From positions 1 to 64,000 of the IMG/VR virus record IMGVR_UViG_3300032053_005312: a DNA stretch of 64,000 bases; one strand, 5' to 3'. Shown here piece after piece: positions 53,615-63,615 of this stretch. The stretch comes from a virus. The notes beneath the pieces were generated by a model. It was given only the letters and a program-made list of their open reading frames with translations. It ran no database searches and had not been told where the DNA came from. The translations under genes and the position numbers were made by a program. The number at the start of each line of letters is the position of its first letter. Position 1 is the first letter of the stretch.

Positions 53615-53815
53615 ATGTTAGTTCTGAGCAGAAAAAAAGACGAGTCGATTGTTATCGGGGAAAACATCCGAATCGTCGTCGTTGAAGTTCGTGGCGACAA
53701 AGTACGTTTGGGGATTGAAGCCCCAAGCGATATTCCTGTTCACCGACAGGAAGTCTATGACGCCATCCAAAACGAAAAGGGAAAAGGGGATATTGAGCTA
53801 GATGGCAAATCCTAG
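53615..53815 (+). CDS. csrA: Carbon storage regulator CsrA
   Basis: MLVLSRKKDESIVIG..VRLGIEAP....VHRQEVY. Confidence 0.95.
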   Translation: MLVLSRKKDESIVIGENIRIVVVEVRGDKVRLGIEAPSDIPVHRQEVYDAIQNEKGKGDIELDGKS

Positions 53816-54047
53816 AATATGCCCTCATTGCCATGAAAATATTCCCACAGATCGAGATTTTACCTTTGATGAAAAGTTAAATCTCATCTGTGGGAAGTGT
53901 TGCAAAGTAGCCTTTCCGACAACTTCGGAAGCGGAACTTGCGTTTTCCCAGCCCGGCCTGAAACAGCCGTTAGCGTCTCAACCACACCAGACTTATATGC
54001 CGAGGCATAGGACTGGACCTCATCACGACGATATTCCAGAAGGATAA
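53802..54047 (+). CDS. Zn-ribbon protein
   Basis: CPHC..CGKC. Confidence 0.5.
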   Translation: MANPRICPHCHENIPTDRDFTFDEKLNLICGKCCKVAFPTTSEAELAFSQPGLKQPLASQPHQTYMPRHRTGPHHDDIPEG

Positions 54048-54049
54048 TC

Positions 54050-54718
54050 ATGGAGAAGACCTCGCTTATTGCCGAATTGGAGCGTATTTTCGGCGTTCTA
54101 AACCAAGCCTTATTTGGTGGTGAACTGGAGTCGGTAAGTTTCACTCTTCAACCCAAGAAGAAGGTTTCGTTGCGATGGATGCCTGATGTTGAGGGCATGA
54201 TTATCGGAGTGGATTTTTCCAAACTGGAATATGGAGAAATCCCTGGTGCCATGCTGCACGAGATGATTCACGTCTCAAATCAACAGAAGGGTTTGCCAGA
54301 CGTTACAACGAATCAATATCACAATAAGAACTTCCTTGAAGCTGCTCTGGAAGTTGGACTTGTGGTAATCAAGCACAAGACCCAAGGTTGGGCGATCACT
54401 TCGACCGTATATCCGAGAAACGTAGTTGAGCGAGTATACATCAAGCGGCCCAATAAAGATGCCATTCGGCGGCGAGACGATGCCTTTGATTCCGTTGATA
54501 TGGACAAGGCTATATTCAAAGCCGGACGTGCCGATATGCGGGATCGAGTCAGAAGTGAGAAGCCGACCAAGACGTATTTCCTCAAATATCAATGCAACTG
54601 CCTGCCACCGCACAACAGCATTCGATCAGGAAGAAGGCCAGATGGACCCAATGCTTTGAATATCCAGTGTCTAAACTGTCGCTCTCTGTTTGAGTGCGTC
54701 ACTGAACTAGACGAATAA
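54050..54718 (+). CDS. SprT-like metalloprotease
   Basis: LHEMIH; YHNKNF; C-terminal Zn ribbon. Confidence 0.75.
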   Translation: MEKTSLIAELERIFGVLNQALFGGELESVSFTLQPKKKVSLRWMPDVEGMIIGVDFSKLEYGEIPGAMLHEMIHVSNQQKGLPDVTTNQYHNKNFLEAALEVGLVVIKHKTQGWAITSTVYPRNVVERVYIKRPNKDAIRRRDDAFDSVDMDKAIFKAGRADMRDRVRSEKPTKTYFLKYQCNCLPPHNSIRSGRRPDGPNALNIQCLNCRSLFECVTELDE

Positions 54719-54727
54719 AGGATTTGT

Positions 54728-54985
54728 ATGGACAAAGAGACGCTGGCTGACCAGATTCAGAGCGTATTGAAGGAATGTCCGCATGTTCGGGGATATAAAC
54801 TTTCCGTGATGGAGCTTTCTAACTCGGTCGTAATCGGAGGAGCCGTCAGTTGTTTCTACCACAAGCAGATGGCACAAGAAGCCATTCGTATATTTCTCAA
54901 ACCTCTTGTGGAGAAAGGACTTATGTTGACGCTGATAAACGAGATCACCGTGAATTTGCCTCGTCCACGGGTCAACGACGAATAA
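54728..54985 (+). CDS. Single BON-domain-like protein
   Basis: G.VSCFYHKQMAQEA..NEITV. Confidence 0.65.
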   Translation: MDKETLADQIQSVLKECPHVRGYKLSVMELSNSVVIGGAVSCFYHKQMAQEAIRIFLKPLVEKGLMLTLINEITVNLPRPRVNDE

Positions 54986-55000
54986 TCTTTTGCCTCCGAT

Positions 55001-55052
55001 TTTACAACAATCGGATTGCGTGGTAGAATCTTCCACGCAATCCGATTGTTGT
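55001..55052 (+). promoter_or_regulatory. Promoter TTTACA-N17-TAGAAT embedded in a 20-bp inverted repeat
   Basis: Arms 55004-55023 and 55033-55052; the -10 hexamer is in the loop. Confidence 0.7.
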
Positions 55053-55073
55053 TTCGAGAAGGGGAAGAAGCTC

Positions 55074-55736
55074 ATGGCCGTCAAGATCATATATCCTCCC
55101 CGGCCAAAGAGCAAGATGCTTCCCAAGGACTTGGGATACTACGAAAGCACTGGAAAATGGCTCGCTCAACGAAAGTTTCGTGGAAGTCGGGCCGTCATCA
55201 ATATCTCACCGGCATGTGAGATCACACTCGGCAATCGCCACGGCACTTCTTTTGCCCGTTTTTCTCTTGACCGCAAACACAAGGAAGAAATTCTGTCCGG
55301 CCTTCACCTTCAGAAAGGTGTCGAATATTGGCTGGATGGCGAACTGATGAATAAGGACGAAAATGCTACGAACGAGATCATCTTGTTCGATGTTCTTCAG
55401 GTCGGCAAATATTTATTCGGTTCCCCCAATCAAGTTGAGCGGCTGAAAATGCTCGACGATATTTGTGGGAGTCCGAAGGAATATTGTCCGAGTGGCATTG
55501 CTCTAAAGGTCACGCCTCGCATTTGGATGGCCGAGACGTTCGCTTCGGATTTCACAAAACGCTTTGAAGAGGCGTTGCCCATTGTTCAACTTGAAGGTTT
55601 GGTTCTTCGCAAGAAGACTTCAGCTTTGGATCATTTCGGTCATGCCGAATATGAAACAAACAATATCATCCGGTGTCGGAAGCCATTTGCATCTGAGACG
55701 CCGAAGTCGCAGCGTTCGGGTGGATATGAATTCTAG
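55074..55736 (+). CDS. ATP-dependent ligase-like nucleotidyltransferase domain
   Basis: QRKFRGSR (motif I variant); LDGEL; LFDVL; EGLVLR. Confidence 0.7.
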   Translation: MAVKIIYPPRPKSKMLPKDLGYYESTGKWLAQRKFRGSRAVINISPACEITLGNRHGTSFARFSLDRKHKEEILSGLHLQKGVEYWLDGELMNKDENATNEIILFDVLQVGKYLFGSPNQVERLKMLDDICGSPKEYCPSGIALKVTPRIWMAETFASDFTKRFEEALPIVQLEGLVLRKKTSALDHFGHAEYETNNIIRCRKPFASETPKSQRSGGYEF

Positions 55737-55875
55737 TCTTGACACCCATGCCGATAAATCATACTCTGCCTCTGCCATTTTAAGGAGCGACGATTAAAGA
55801 AACATTGGCACGCACTAGAACCTACGATGGATCGTTTTTTTGACAGACCGACCGAACCCGAAGCAGGAGTGACTG

Positions 55876-57210
55876 ATGAATAAAAGTGAATCTTTCCCGA
55901 TGGATCGCATCCCGGAAGGCAGCAAGCATCTTTATGGTGCGTTGTTCGCCGTTCCGTTCGCTGCGGTGCGTACCCCGGACATTGACGAAGAAGAAACGTC
56001 AAAGTCGGAATACAAGTTCAGGAACCCCAGGCTCTTGACTGAGAAAGGGCAGAGTGAGTTGCTGGACAAGCGACTCTCGGCTGAACTTCGTGAGAGCATT
56101 AAGAACCGCACGTTGCTCAACCCGCTAGTGTGCAGATGGGTTCAAGAAGGGGATAACTACTATCCCCAACTGGTTGGTGGTGATCGCCGATACCGTGCAT
56201 TGGACTTCCTCATTCGCAAGAAAGAGATCGTCACCGATCCCAGCAGTCTGCAACTGAACGACAAGGGCGAATGGGTTTATACCCAATGCTCGGCTGACAA
56301 AGCCTATGCAATGATTCCTTGTCAAGTCTTCGCCGTCAACGACGACTTGCAAGCCTTGGCGCTGGCCTGGGCTGAGAACAAGGGCCGCATCAACCTGACT
56401 GAAGGCCACGAGATTGCCGAAGTCATGAAGTTGCGTAAGGTCGGGGCTTCAGACGAGAAGATTCTTGAAATCTTGCAGCAAGACGAGAAGTGGTTGGCCG
56501 AGTCCGATTCGTTGATCGCCAATCTCGATACTGATACACTCGCAGACTTGCTGGAAAACCGGATCGACCGGGAATCGGCTTGTGAGCTTTCCAGCATCGA
56601 AGACGAGCATGTTCGCACCAAGGTTCGTCTTGCGGCGAACGAAGCGTCCAAGGAAGCCTGTAATCGCAAGATTAAGCGCATCCAGAAGCAGATCGAGTCG
56701 GCGCTTGAACGCAAGGAAATCGCCGAAGGCTCTGTCGCCGATGCTGAATTCCAGCACGATGACGAAGCGGCAGAAGAAGCCAAGGGCGAATTGGTTAACG
56801 CCGAGAAGAAGGTCACTCGTTCTGTGAAGGAACGGGATGAAACCACTCCGGTCACGTCCTTGAGGGACGTGAAGAAGGCCGAAACCGATGCCGGGGCCAA
56901 GCCGCCAAAGGAACATCGAAACGACGAGGATCGACCTCTCCGCATTCTGTCCTCGAAGAAGATTCAGGATGCAGTCGATTATCTTGATGCTGTTATTGCC
57001 AATGGCGGAAAGTGTCTCGAAGGCACGTTCATCGGTGGGCCGGGTCTGGTGACGGCGTTGGGATTGGCGAGGAAATTCCTCAATAATAACGTCTTGGCGA
57101 ATGAGCCGGACTTCGGTTCGACCATCAAGCGGTACTTGGATGCTGCTCGTAAGATGAAGGCCGACCAGTCCCAGCCTGTCGAACGGGTTGAGACTGAAGA
57201 AGGCCAATAA
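55876..57210 (+). CDS. ParB/Srx N-terminal-domain protein with coiled coil
   Basis: ELRESI..LLNPL..LVGGDRRYRA; AEN..R.NL. Confidence 0.75.
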   Translation: MNKSESFPMDRIPEGSKHLYGALFAVPFAAVRTPDIDEEETSKSEYKFRNPRLLTEKGQSELLDKRLSAELRESIKNRTLLNPLVCRWVQEGDNYYPQLVGGDRRYRALDFLIRKKEIVTDPSSLQLNDKGEWVYTQCSADKAYAMIPCQVFAVNDDLQALALAWAENKGRINLTEGHEIAEVMKLRKVGASDEKILEILQQDEKWLAESDSLIANLDTDTLADLLENRIDRESACELSSIEDEHVRTKVRLAANEASKEACNRKIKRIQKQIESALERKEIAEGSVADAEFQHDDEAAEEAKGELVNAEKKVTRSVKERDETTPVTSLRDVKKAETDAGAKPPKEHRNDEDRPLRILSSKKIQDAVDYLDAVIANGGKCLEGTFIGGPGLVTALGLARKFLNNNVLANEPDFGSTIKRYLDAARKMKADQSQPVERVETEEGQ

Positions 57211-57258
57211 TCTTCCCTGGCAACGGGGAAGTGGTGGAGGGCGGCATCAGTCGCTCCT

Positions 57259-57297
57259 AAGCCCCGCCAAGAGAAATCTTGGCGGGGTTTTTTATTT
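57259..57297 (+). terminator. Rho-independent terminator
   Basis: GCCCCGCCAAGA-GAAA-TCTTGGCGGGGT + T run. Confidence 0.85.
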
Positions 57298-57310
57298 GGC
57301 GGGCATAAAT

Positions 57311-57625
57311 ATGATAATGATACAAGCCTGCCCAAACTGCGGTCATGCCCTTCAGCGTGAATTGAAGGATGGCCTTACACATTGTTCCCATTGCAATCAA
57401 GTTTTTGATTCAAGCGATTTTAATCGTCTTTTATCAGCCGCTTGGCAAATACGCAGGGAGCATTTGTCGTTGGAACAACTTAAATGGCAATGTAAATTGG
57501 GAGACGATTATTCCATATTGATATACACATTTGTCAGTGACTATGGCTATGCCCACGATGAGTTAATCAAATTATTGCGAAAACTCGGCGTGGCAAATAA
57601 AGCGTATATCGACTTTTCGGCCTAG
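57311..57625 (+). CDS. Zn-ribbon hypothetical protein
   Basis: CPNCG..CSHC. Confidence 0.55.
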   Translation: MIMIQACPNCGHALQRELKDGLTHCSHCNQVFDSSDFNRLLSAAWQIRREHLSLEQLKWQCKLGDDYSILIYTFVSDYGYAHDELIKLLRKLGVANKAYIDFSA

Positions 57626-57671
57626 ATCGAGCATTGCGGCTTTGGTATCCTCTTATTTATGGAGGATAAAT

Positions 57672-58763
57672 ATGAAGCCTTTTTCAGATTTGCGCAAACA
57701 ACAATTTGGTTTGCATGTCGTTCTTGAATATGTTGATCGAACACCTAGCGGACATGCTCGTTGGTTGACTGAATGTTTGAATTGCAAGTGTCGTTCTATT
57801 CGTCACGGAGTAAATATCAAAAGATGCTCTAAAGTTTCAGGAGGTTGTCGCAATTGTTCTGGTAAGCCAAAGGGGTACATGGGTCTACATCAATTATTTA
57901 CTCAATATAAATTACGTGCAAATAAAATAGGTCGTATTTTTAATTTGTCTATTGAACAATTTCAAACAGTTACATCAAGCAATTGTCATTATTGTGGTCG
58001 TGAGCCATATCAAATTAAAAACAGTGGTAACAAGAATCAAATTTCAACGTGGGGCATTTATCAATATAATGGAATTGATCGCAAGGACAATTCTAAGGGT
58101 TACATTATAGAAAACTGTCTTCCTTGTTGTGGAATTTGCAATCAGATGAAAGGCAGTATGTTGTATAAAGATTTTGTTGATTGGCTCGATGTTGCGTCCA
58201 CTTTTCGCAAAAATAGAAATGGTGATAAGGTGATGGCGGACATCGGCGTCGGATACAGGGTCAAAATTCAAATTTTATGCGGAATGATCGCAGCAGGAAA
58301 GTCATCTTATTGTAAATTAGCCGCCAAAAAAGGAATGTTGATTTTGAACGATGACGCAATCGTCAATATGCTCCATGCTGATGACTATACGCTTTATAGT
58401 ACCGATCTCAAGGTGTTGTATAAGTCTGTTGAAAATCACGTTATTGGAACCAGCCTTGCTATGGGCCGTTCAGTAATTGTTGATCGTGGACTCAATATGA
58501 GTCTTGCCGGTCGGCGTCGTTGGTTGGCCTTGGCTCAAAGTTTTGATGTGCCATGTGAAGCCATTCATTTCAAAAACGACGGACCAGAAGAACACGCTCG
58601 TCGTCGTACTCAATCTGATGGTCGAGGCCACACCTGGGAATATTGGCTTAGGGTTGCAGAGCTTCATAATTCCTTGTATATTCCACCTACTAAAGAAGAG
58701 GGCTTTGATGCCATCTACGATATTGGGTTTGATGAAATACAGCAAGGTAAAGTCATTCTTTAA
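57672..58763 (+). CDS. HNH endonuclease fused in frame to an AAA_33/PNK-like P-loop kinase
   Basis: CHYCG..GIDRKDNSKGY..NC.PCC..CN.MK; GMIAAGKSS; VIVDR.N. Confidence 0.8.
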   Translation: MKPFSDLRKQQFGLHVVLEYVDRTPSGHARWLTECLNCKCRSIRHGVNIKRCSKVSGGCRNCSGKPKGYMGLHQLFTQYKLRANKIGRIFNLSIEQFQTVTSSNCHYCGREPYQIKNSGNKNQISTWGIYQYNGIDRKDNSKGYIIENCLPCCGICNQMKGSMLYKDFVDWLDVASTFRKNRNGDKVMADIGVGYRVKIQILCGMIAAGKSSYCKLAAKKGMLILNDDAIVNMLHADDYTLYSTDLKVLYKSVENHVIGTSLAMGRSVIVDRGLNMSLAGRRRWLALAQSFDVPCEAIHFKNDGPEEHARRRTQSDGRGHTWEYWLRVAELHNSLYIPPTKEEGFDAIYDIGFDEIQQGKVIL

Positions 58764-58775
58764 GGGGACTTGTAA

Positions 58776-59648
58776 ATGGAGTGTAGGCTCATTGATGGCA
58801 ATGCCATTGCCGCCGATATTCGTAAAGAATTACGACAACGTGTGGCAGAATATAAAGCAACTACAGGTATCACCCCGACTTTAGTTGCTTTGATGGTGGG
58901 CAACAATCCAGCCAGTCAAATTTATGTCCAAAAGAAAATTGCTGCCTGTGATGAAGTTGGCATATTGGCATATCGAGTTGAATCAAATGAAGATGAGGAC
59001 GATCTCCGAACTCATATTCGGAGATTGAACAATGATGATTCGGTGCATGGATACATTCTTCAACTGCCATTGCCTCCAGGATGGAAACCCGATAGATATT
59101 TTTCTGACTTCAATCCGTATAAAGATGTGGATGTATTCCACCCGGAGAATGTAGGCTTGCTGGTTCAAGGGCGACCCAGGTTTAGACCTTGTACGCCACA
59201 CGGTATTCAGGTGATGCTCCATAGGAGCGGCATTAAAGTTGCGGGAAAGAAAGTGGTTGTCATCAATCGCAGCAATGTGGTTGGCAAACCTCTATCCTCA
59301 ATGCTTATTCAAGAGTGCGATGATTACGCCAATGCCACGGTCACAGTATGCCACGACCGCACGCCTCCTGATCTTCTCAAAAGCGTTACTCAAACAGCCG
59401 ATATTGTAATTGTCGCCGTGGGCAAACCGGGATTCCTGACTCCAGATATGATTCGACCGGGAGCGGTAGTGATTGATGTGGGCATTACACGAATTGGAAA
59501 CAAGGTAGTTGGAGATGTTGATTTTGAAAATGTCAGTAAAGTTGCTGGTGCTATATCTCCGGTCCCAGGTGGTTGTGGACCAATGACAGTTGCTATGTTA
59601 TTGGAAAATACTTTACAAGCTGCTAAATATCAAACAAAAAGCCATTGA
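58776..59648 (+). CDS. folD: Bifunctional methylenetetrahydrofolate dehydrogenase/cyclohydrolase
   Basis: LQLPLP; KDVD.FHP.N; PCTPHG; RSNVVGKP; PVPGGCGPMT. Confidence 0.95.
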   Translation: MECRLIDGNAIAADIRKELRQRVAEYKATTGITPTLVALMVGNNPASQIYVQKKIAACDEVGILAYRVESNEDEDDLRTHIRRLNNDDSVHGYILQLPLPPGWKPDRYFSDFNPYKDVDVFHPENVGLLVQGRPRFRPCTPHGIQVMLHRSGIKVAGKKVVVINRSNVVGKPLSSMLIQECDDYANATVTVCHDRTPPDLLKSVTQTADIVIVAVGKPGFLTPDMIRPGAVVIDVGITRIGNKVVGDVDFENVSKVAGAISPVPGGCGPMTVAMLLENTLQAAKYQTKSH

Positions 59649-59664
59649 TCCGAATAGATACTGT

Positions 59665-60297
59665 ATGGGAACATACAAAAAAGATATTCGTCAAGAACGT
59701 AGAGATTTAGGTCTGTGCATTTACTGTGGAAATGATGCAAAAGGATTTCGTCGTTGTGAGTCTTGCAGAGAAAAATCAAACAAGGCAACCGCTCGTTGGC
59801 GAGATAAAAACAAAGAAGCTGGTTTGTGTATAAAGTGCGGCAAACCTACCTCAGAAGGTCATACTCGTTGTGAAGATTGCCTAGTTTCGCACAATGCTGT
59901 TTATTCACAGAGGAAACAGCGTGGAGTTTGTCTTTATTGTGGAAAGTCGTCTGATTATGGACATTGTGAAATTTGCTATCTGAAAAAACGAGCGACAAGA
60001 CATTTAGGAGATGCTTCTATGTGGATTTTGCTAAAAAAGATATTTGACGATCAACAAGGGATTTGTCCATATACGGGAATCGAATTACAGATTCGAGCGA
60101 ACACCGAATTAGATCATCGCATCCCCAGAAGCAAAGGTGGCACGGACGAGTTGTCGAATCTACAGTGGGTTTACGCTCCGGTGAACACAATGAAGTGGAA
60201 TATGACTGAAGGCGAATTTTTGGCGACTGTTGGAAAGGTTGCCGCCCACATGCTTTTGGAAAATACTTTGGCCGCAGCCCAGCTTCAAGGGCAGTAG
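59665..60297 (+). CDS. HNH endonuclease inserted at the folD 3' end
   Basis: Repeated CxxCG Zn fingers; CPYTG..LDH.IP.SKGG..NLQWV..N.MK; ends in a FolD-like tail. Confidence 0.85.
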   Translation: MGTYKKDIRQERRDLGLCIYCGNDAKGFRRCESCREKSNKATARWRDKNKEAGLCIKCGKPTSEGHTRCEDCLVSHNAVYSQRKQRGVCLYCGKSSDYGHCEICYLKKRATRHLGDASMWILLKKIFDDQQGICPYTGIELQIRANTELDHRIPRSKGGTDELSNLQWVYAPVNTMKWNMTEGEFLATVGKVAAHMLLENTLAAAQLQGQ

Positions 60298-60356
60298 GCT
60301 TTACAACCACAACTATTCGGTGGTATAATTCTCTCACAGAAAAGGAGACTTTAACC

Positions 60357-61364
60357 GTGAACGATTTGCGTATTTTTGGCCTGGGATCGAGCGTTGAATA
60401 CACAGATCAAGTATGCAAGGCGTTATCGCTCAAGCGATCTGACCACAAAGAGACGTGGCAAGACGATGACGAGCCTTACGTCCTTTCCCAAGAGAATGTT
60501 CGGGGCTGTGACGTATTCATCGTGCAGAGTTTGTACTCCTGTCACAAAGAGCGGCTGGCAGATAAGTTCCTGAAGCTCCTGTTGTTCGCTCGTTCTCTTC
60601 GTGACGCATCGGCCCGGCGTATTACGCTTGTGTTGCCGTATTTCGCATTTCAACGTCAGGATCGAAAAACCGAGTCCAGAGCGCCGGTATACACCAAATA
60701 CATCCCTGAAATTGTCGAGGGCTTGCTTCGTCCCGACGACCGCATTTTGACTATTGATGCTCACAACCTGAGCGCATATCAGTCGGGCTTCCGGTTGATG
60801 CTCGATCACCTTGAGGCGAAACCAGTTGTCTGTGACTGGTTCAGCAATGCCGCTGCCCGACTTTGGCCCGAAGTCGATTTCGACAATCTCTGTTTTGCAT
60901 CACCCGATGAAGGTGGCGTCAAGCGTGTTGGTTTCTATCGAAAACGTGTTCAGTCTCAGATGAAAATCGAGATCAGCACGGCGTCAGTCTACAAAACCCA
61001 CGAGGGTAAGCAGATTGAGGCACATGGCGTGATGGGTAACGTCCAAGGCAAAGACGTGTTCCTGATTGACGACATGATCTCGTCTGGAACCACGTTGGTA
61101 AAAGCAACCGATGCCATTGAGAAGGAAGGCGGCAAAGTTCGGGGTGCTATCGCAACGCACGGTTTATTCGTCGGTAACGCCAATGAGCGTATAGGGTTAC
61201 TGCAAGAGCGTGGCATCAGGGTTATCGTCACCGATACTGTCCACACCAATAAGTTGGACCCAAAGTTGCAGAAGTCGTTGGTGGTTATTCCGACCGCTCC
61301 GCTAATCGGTGAAGCGATTCGGTGTATTCACAACGAAGAGTCTGTCAGCAAATTACTTTCCTAA
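60357..61364 (+). CDS. prs: Ribose-phosphate pyrophosphokinase
   Basis: ENVRG.DVFIVQS; PYFAFQRQDRK; SPDEGG; LIDDMISSGTT; ATHGLF. Confidence 0.92.
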   Translation: MNDLRIFGLGSSVEYTDQVCKALSLKRSDHKETWQDDDEPYVLSQENVRGCDVFIVQSLYSCHKERLADKFLKLLLFARSLRDASARRITLVLPYFAFQRQDRKTESRAPVYTKYIPEIVEGLLRPDDRILTIDAHNLSAYQSGFRLMLDHLEAKPVVCDWFSNAAARLWPEVDFDNLCFASPDEGGVKRVGFYRKRVQSQMKIEISTASVYKTHEGKQIEAHGVMGNVQGKDVFLIDDMISSGTTLVKATDAIEKEGGKVRGAIATHGLFVGNANERIGLLQERGIRVIVTDTVHTNKLDPKLQKSLVVIPTAPLIGEAIRCIHNEESVSKLLS

Positions 61365-61413
61365 AAATCTGGTTGTCAAGACCAATACCCCCAAGTATAA
61401 TCGGAGGCGCACA

Positions 61414-62007
61414 GTGGCTCTCAAGATTTGTCCTGCCTGTCAGAAGCAGGTTGGACCCAGGACAAAAAAATGTGATTGTGGACACCAGTTCGCAACAACC
61501 ACGGCGGCGGTTCCAGCTAGTGGACAGTCTATGTCACTTGACCCTTTGGACAAGCGCATCGCTGAGTCTGTTGGCAATGTCCGTGACATTATTTCCAGAG
61601 TCGAAAATCGCCCTGCCTCAGCAGTTCCAACCACAGTTCTCAACAATGAGGATGTAGATCAATCGCCTCGGCGCACAACGGTAGTACAGCAGCCAGTTCG
61701 ACCACAACGATTTTATGGTGGTGGCGGCGGCAAGATTGTTGCACCAGCGGGTGAGTGTCCATTTAAGCCCCAAGGATATAAAGACAAATGGCCTGATGGC
61801 CCAGCCTCAGATGAGGTTGTCCAGAATTGGGCTATAGACGTGTACAACTACGGCGAGGGTAGATACGCAATTGATGCGGTCATCTACTTCGCTCGTCACT
61901 TTTGGGACATTAACGGGCAAGAATATCGCAGGATTCGTGAACTGATTGTGAAGACGTTACAACCTTCACGTCCATCCGATCACGAATCCGGTGATGAAGT
62001 TGCTTAG
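61414..62007 (+). CDS. Hypothetical protein with N-terminal Zn ribbon
   Basis: RBS GGAGG; KICPAC..GPRT..C.CGHQF. Confidence 0.6.
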   Translation: MALKICPACQKQVGPRTKKCDCGHQFATTTAAVPASGQSMSLDPLDKRIAESVGNVRDIISRVENRPASAVPTTVLNNEDVDQSPRRTTVVQQPVRPQRFYGGGGGKIVAPAGECPFKPQGYKDKWPDGPASDEVVQNWAIDVYNYGEGRYAIDAVIYFARHFWDINGQEYRRIRELIVKTLQPSRPSDHESGDEVA

Positions 62008-62228
62008 GCACTCTCAGCGGACAACTGTTCAACCGGAGAGCGAAGTGTTTCTACTTCAATGCCTTCGGTTGTCAGTTCAGACCGCAATACAGTGATTTCC
62101 TTGTCGGCTTCGATGCCAATGCGGACCTTATTGCGGTTATCAATACGGACGACAGTAATCCTAATGTCTTCCATATTTGGACCCTTGAGAATGATAGTTT
62201 CGTCTTTCTTACGACTTAGTACGAGCAT
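62004..62228 (-). CDS. csrA: Second CsrA paralogue
   Basis: MLVLSRKKDETIIL..VRIGIEA....VLRSEL. Confidence 0.85.
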   Translation of the reverse strand: MLVLSRKKDETIILKGPNMEDIRITVVRIDNRNKVRIGIEADKEITVLRSELTTEGIEVETLRSPVEQLSAESA

Positions 62229-62468
62229 GGTTATTCCTTTCTTAGCTTGTTTGCTTGCGTGCTGTACGCTGTATCCGTTATTAAGTGAGTGCGGATACAG
62301 ATTTTCTGTGAAAGGGTGAGAAATTTTGTCTGCGGCATCTTTACACTCAGGATATTTGACGTAATATCTGTGTAGAGGGACGAGTTTTCGGTATACGATA
62401 GTCAGCGTGATGCACAGTCCCAGCACACGCCACCGACAAGAACCTGGGACTGTTTTGGGAGAAATCCG

Positions 62469-62966
62469 ATGGCGCAAGTTACGAAGTACGACGATCAACT
62501 GGAAAGCAAGCTGAAAGAAGCCGAATTGCTCCAAGAGCAAATTGGCCTGTTGCAGCGTGTTCGAGAAATCGAACTGGAAATCACTGGTGGTGTGGTCGCA
62601 GTTGCCGCAGTTCCCACTGTGAGGACCACCGCTCCGGTGCAGGCTGCTGTTGCCGCTCCTACGGGCGAAGTCAAGCGTCGTGGTCGCCCGAAGGGAACGA
62701 CTAACGCAGCCAAGGCCGCAGGCGTTGCAACCGATGACGGCAAGTCGGTCGATCTTCCGACACTGTTGGAAACGATTGCCCAACAGGTCAATCGTCCTTT
62801 GCTGCTGGCAGATTTCGTCACGCTGGCTCGTGAAGCTGGCTACACGACCAAGGCCAAGGACTTCAGCAACATGGTCTATCAGTCCGTGCTGAAGCTGGTC
62901 AAGAAGGGGCTGTTCAAGAAGAACGAAGAGACTCGTGCATACGAGTACGTCGGCAAAGCAGCCTAA
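62469..62966 (+). CDS. Putative nucleoid/DNA-binding protein (coiled coil, AT-hook, wHTH)
   Basis: KRRGRPKG; C-terminal winged-helix-like region. Confidence 0.6.
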   Translation: MAQVTKYDDQLESKLKEAELLQEQIGLLQRVREIELEITGGVVAVAAVPTVRTTAPVQAAVAAPTGEVKRRGRPKGTTNAAKAAGVATDDGKSVDLPTLLETIAQQVNRPLLLADFVTLAREAGYTTKAKDFSNMVYQSVLKLVKKGLFKKNEETRAYEYVGKAA

Positions 62967-62977
62967 CCGACAACGAT

Positions 62978-63007
62978 GAAGGTCCGTGTGTGCGGACCTT
63001 TGATTTT
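62978..63007 (+). terminator. Terminator
   Basis: AAGGTCCGT/GCGGACCTT + T-rich tail. Confidence 0.6.
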
Positions 63008-63063
63008 GGAGTTTTACTTTACAACCCTACTGAAACAGGGTAACATCCTCAAGGAGAAGTTTG

Positions 63064-63528
63064 ATGGCTACGACTGAACAACCGAAGGTCAACAAGACCG
63101 CTTTCGTTCGCAACGTCCTGAAGGAGATTGGCGCAATCACTGCCACTCCACCTGAAGGCTGGCGGCAGAAGGTCGAGGAGGCGCTGGCAAAGCAAAATTT
63201 GAACATGCACCAAGTCACCATCTACCAGATTCGTCAGAAGGCAATCAAGGAAGCGGCTGGCGCTCCTGCCGCCATAGACGATAAGAAAAAACAATTACTT
63301 GAAATGGCTCGTCGAGGCGATCCTAAACCTAGTCACATAAAGGGAAAGTCCAAGGGTCGCCCAAAGGCCCAGGCTACCGCCCCGATTGCTCCGGCTCCGG
63401 CTCCTGTCAATGGCAATGCCAATCTGACTGTCGCCGATCTGCAAGCGGTGCTGGAATTCGCCAAGAAGTTCGGTGGACTGGACGGGCTTACCGAAGCCGT
63501 CAGCACCATCAAGTCCTTCAAGAGCTAA
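63064..63528 (+). CDS. Hypothetical DNA-binding-like protein
   Basis: VNKTAFVR..; LQAVLEFAKKFGGLD. Confidence 0.6.
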   Translation: MATTEQPKVNKTAFVRNVLKEIGAITATPPEGWRQKVEEALAKQNLNMHQVTIYQIRQKAIKEAAGAPAAIDDKKKQLLEMARRGDPKPSHIKGKSKGRPKAQATAPIAPAPAPVNGNANLTVADLQAVLEFAKKFGGLDGLTEAVSTIKSFKS

Positions 63529-63556
63529 TTGCAAGCTGGCATGGCATGGGAAAACA

Positions 63557-63603
63557 CTAAGCGGGTATCCGAGATTCTTTATCGGATGCCCGTTTAGCTT
63601 TTA
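63557..63603 (+). terminator. Terminator
   Basis: CTAAGCGGGTATCCGA/TCGGATGCCCGTTTAG + T run. Confidence 0.65.
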
Positions 63604-63615
63604 TGGAGAAACAAT

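Noticed and set aside
56322-57207. Long antisense ORFs inside the ParB-like gene and other genes
   Set aside because: They are codon-bias shadows of + strand genes with no motifs or RBS.
60357-61364. NARP1-type NAD reconstitution operon
   Set aside because: Prs has no adjacent Nampt-like gene in this window.
62229-62783. Long N-terminal extension of minus-strand CsrA (259-aa ORF)
   Set aside because: The extension is antisense to 62469-62966; the CsrA start at 62228 has its own RBS.
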